This document shows, one piece after another, positions 63,291 to 64,000 of a DNA stretch of 64,000 bases. The stretch is taken from assembly GCF_006345805.1 (NCBI RefSeq), contig NC_042999.1, positions 23,808,001-23,872,000 on the forward strand, written 5' to 3'. A model generated the notes under the pieces. It saw only the letters and a program-made list of their open reading frames with translations, did not search any database and was not told the origin of the DNA. The stretch comes from Octopus sinensis (Eukaryota). Position 1 is the first letter of the stretch; each line of letters begins with the position of its first letter. Both the position numbers and the translations under genes were made by a program.

Positions 63291-64000
63291 GTATCAAGTA
63301 ACCACATAGATGTCACCCTCATCGACCGGTGAAAATCCGTGTTATCCATTGGTGTCTAACCAGAATTTTAAAAAAGGTTTGACGAAAATTTAAAAAGTGG
63401 GTGGGGCATTATCAAGTATGTGATGTAAGAATATTTTGAGGTTTATACTATTCTCAAGGGGGCATTAGCTGGCGATGAAAGTAAAAGAATGAGTTTCAAA
63501 TGGAAAATGAAATCGTGTTTTGGCCTGAGCCAAAAGGAAGTTATTTCTTGTCCCAGAGCGCTCTGCAATATTTAGAGTTAATATTGGTTTCAAATTGGTG
63601 CAATTTAGAGGGAGGCTTAAGTCTTTTACATCGATTCCAGTACTCAACTGGTACTTATTTTATCGACCTAGAAACGATGAAAAGCAGAGTCGACCTCGGC
63701 GGCGTTTGAACCCAGAACGTAAAGACGGACGAAATGCCACTAAGGATTGTACACGGCGTGCTAACGATTCTGCCAGTTGGTCGCCTTATTTAGTATTAAT
63801 ATTGCGAATCGACTGCAACAGTGGAAAGTATACTTTTGGTAGTAGTTGTTATTACTAAGCCTTAAATCAACCCTGATCCAGCTAATTATTTACAAATTGG
63901 ACATTTCTTCTTATTTTCGAGTCGCTGCATCCAGGAACAAATTATCCAAATGCATTGCCTTTTTAAGACAGTAATTGAGATTTAGTTTGAGAAATTTGGC

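Overview
AT-rich, microsatellite- and transposon-dense animal genomic DNA. The SINE, Penelope and (CATA)n/(TA)n repertoire looks like an octopus or other coleoid cephalopod; this is recalled pattern recognition, not a database search. There is one 100-N scaffold gap at 41482-41581. The host locus is a multi-exon, secreted, Cys-rich FCGBP/zonadhesin-like gene on the + strand that the ORF track mostly misses; I rebuilt it by hand from splice sites and exon phases. Left of the gap, gene A (5122-29844) reads signal peptide-WSC-EGF-(dead EGF)-VWD-C8-TIL-TILa-stop. It carries frameshifts in four exons, and its third exon (first half of the WSC domain) lies on the opposite strand with intact splice sites and exactly the phases needed to join its + strand neighbours. 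Right of the gap, gene B (41703 to beyond 61933) has seven intact exons giving 500 open codons: TILa-EGF-VWD-C8-TIL-TILa. Repeats include Tx1, R4/Dong, RTE and CR1-like LINE pieces, three Penelope-like elements, mariners, MITEs, non-autonomous Helitrons and three or more tRNA-derived SINE families. Eight type I hammerhead-ribozyme motifs were found by eye: five in Penelope-type terminal repeats and three in a short non-coding repeat family whose helices covary (retrozyme-like). No CRISPR array, rRNA or genuine tRNA gene was found.
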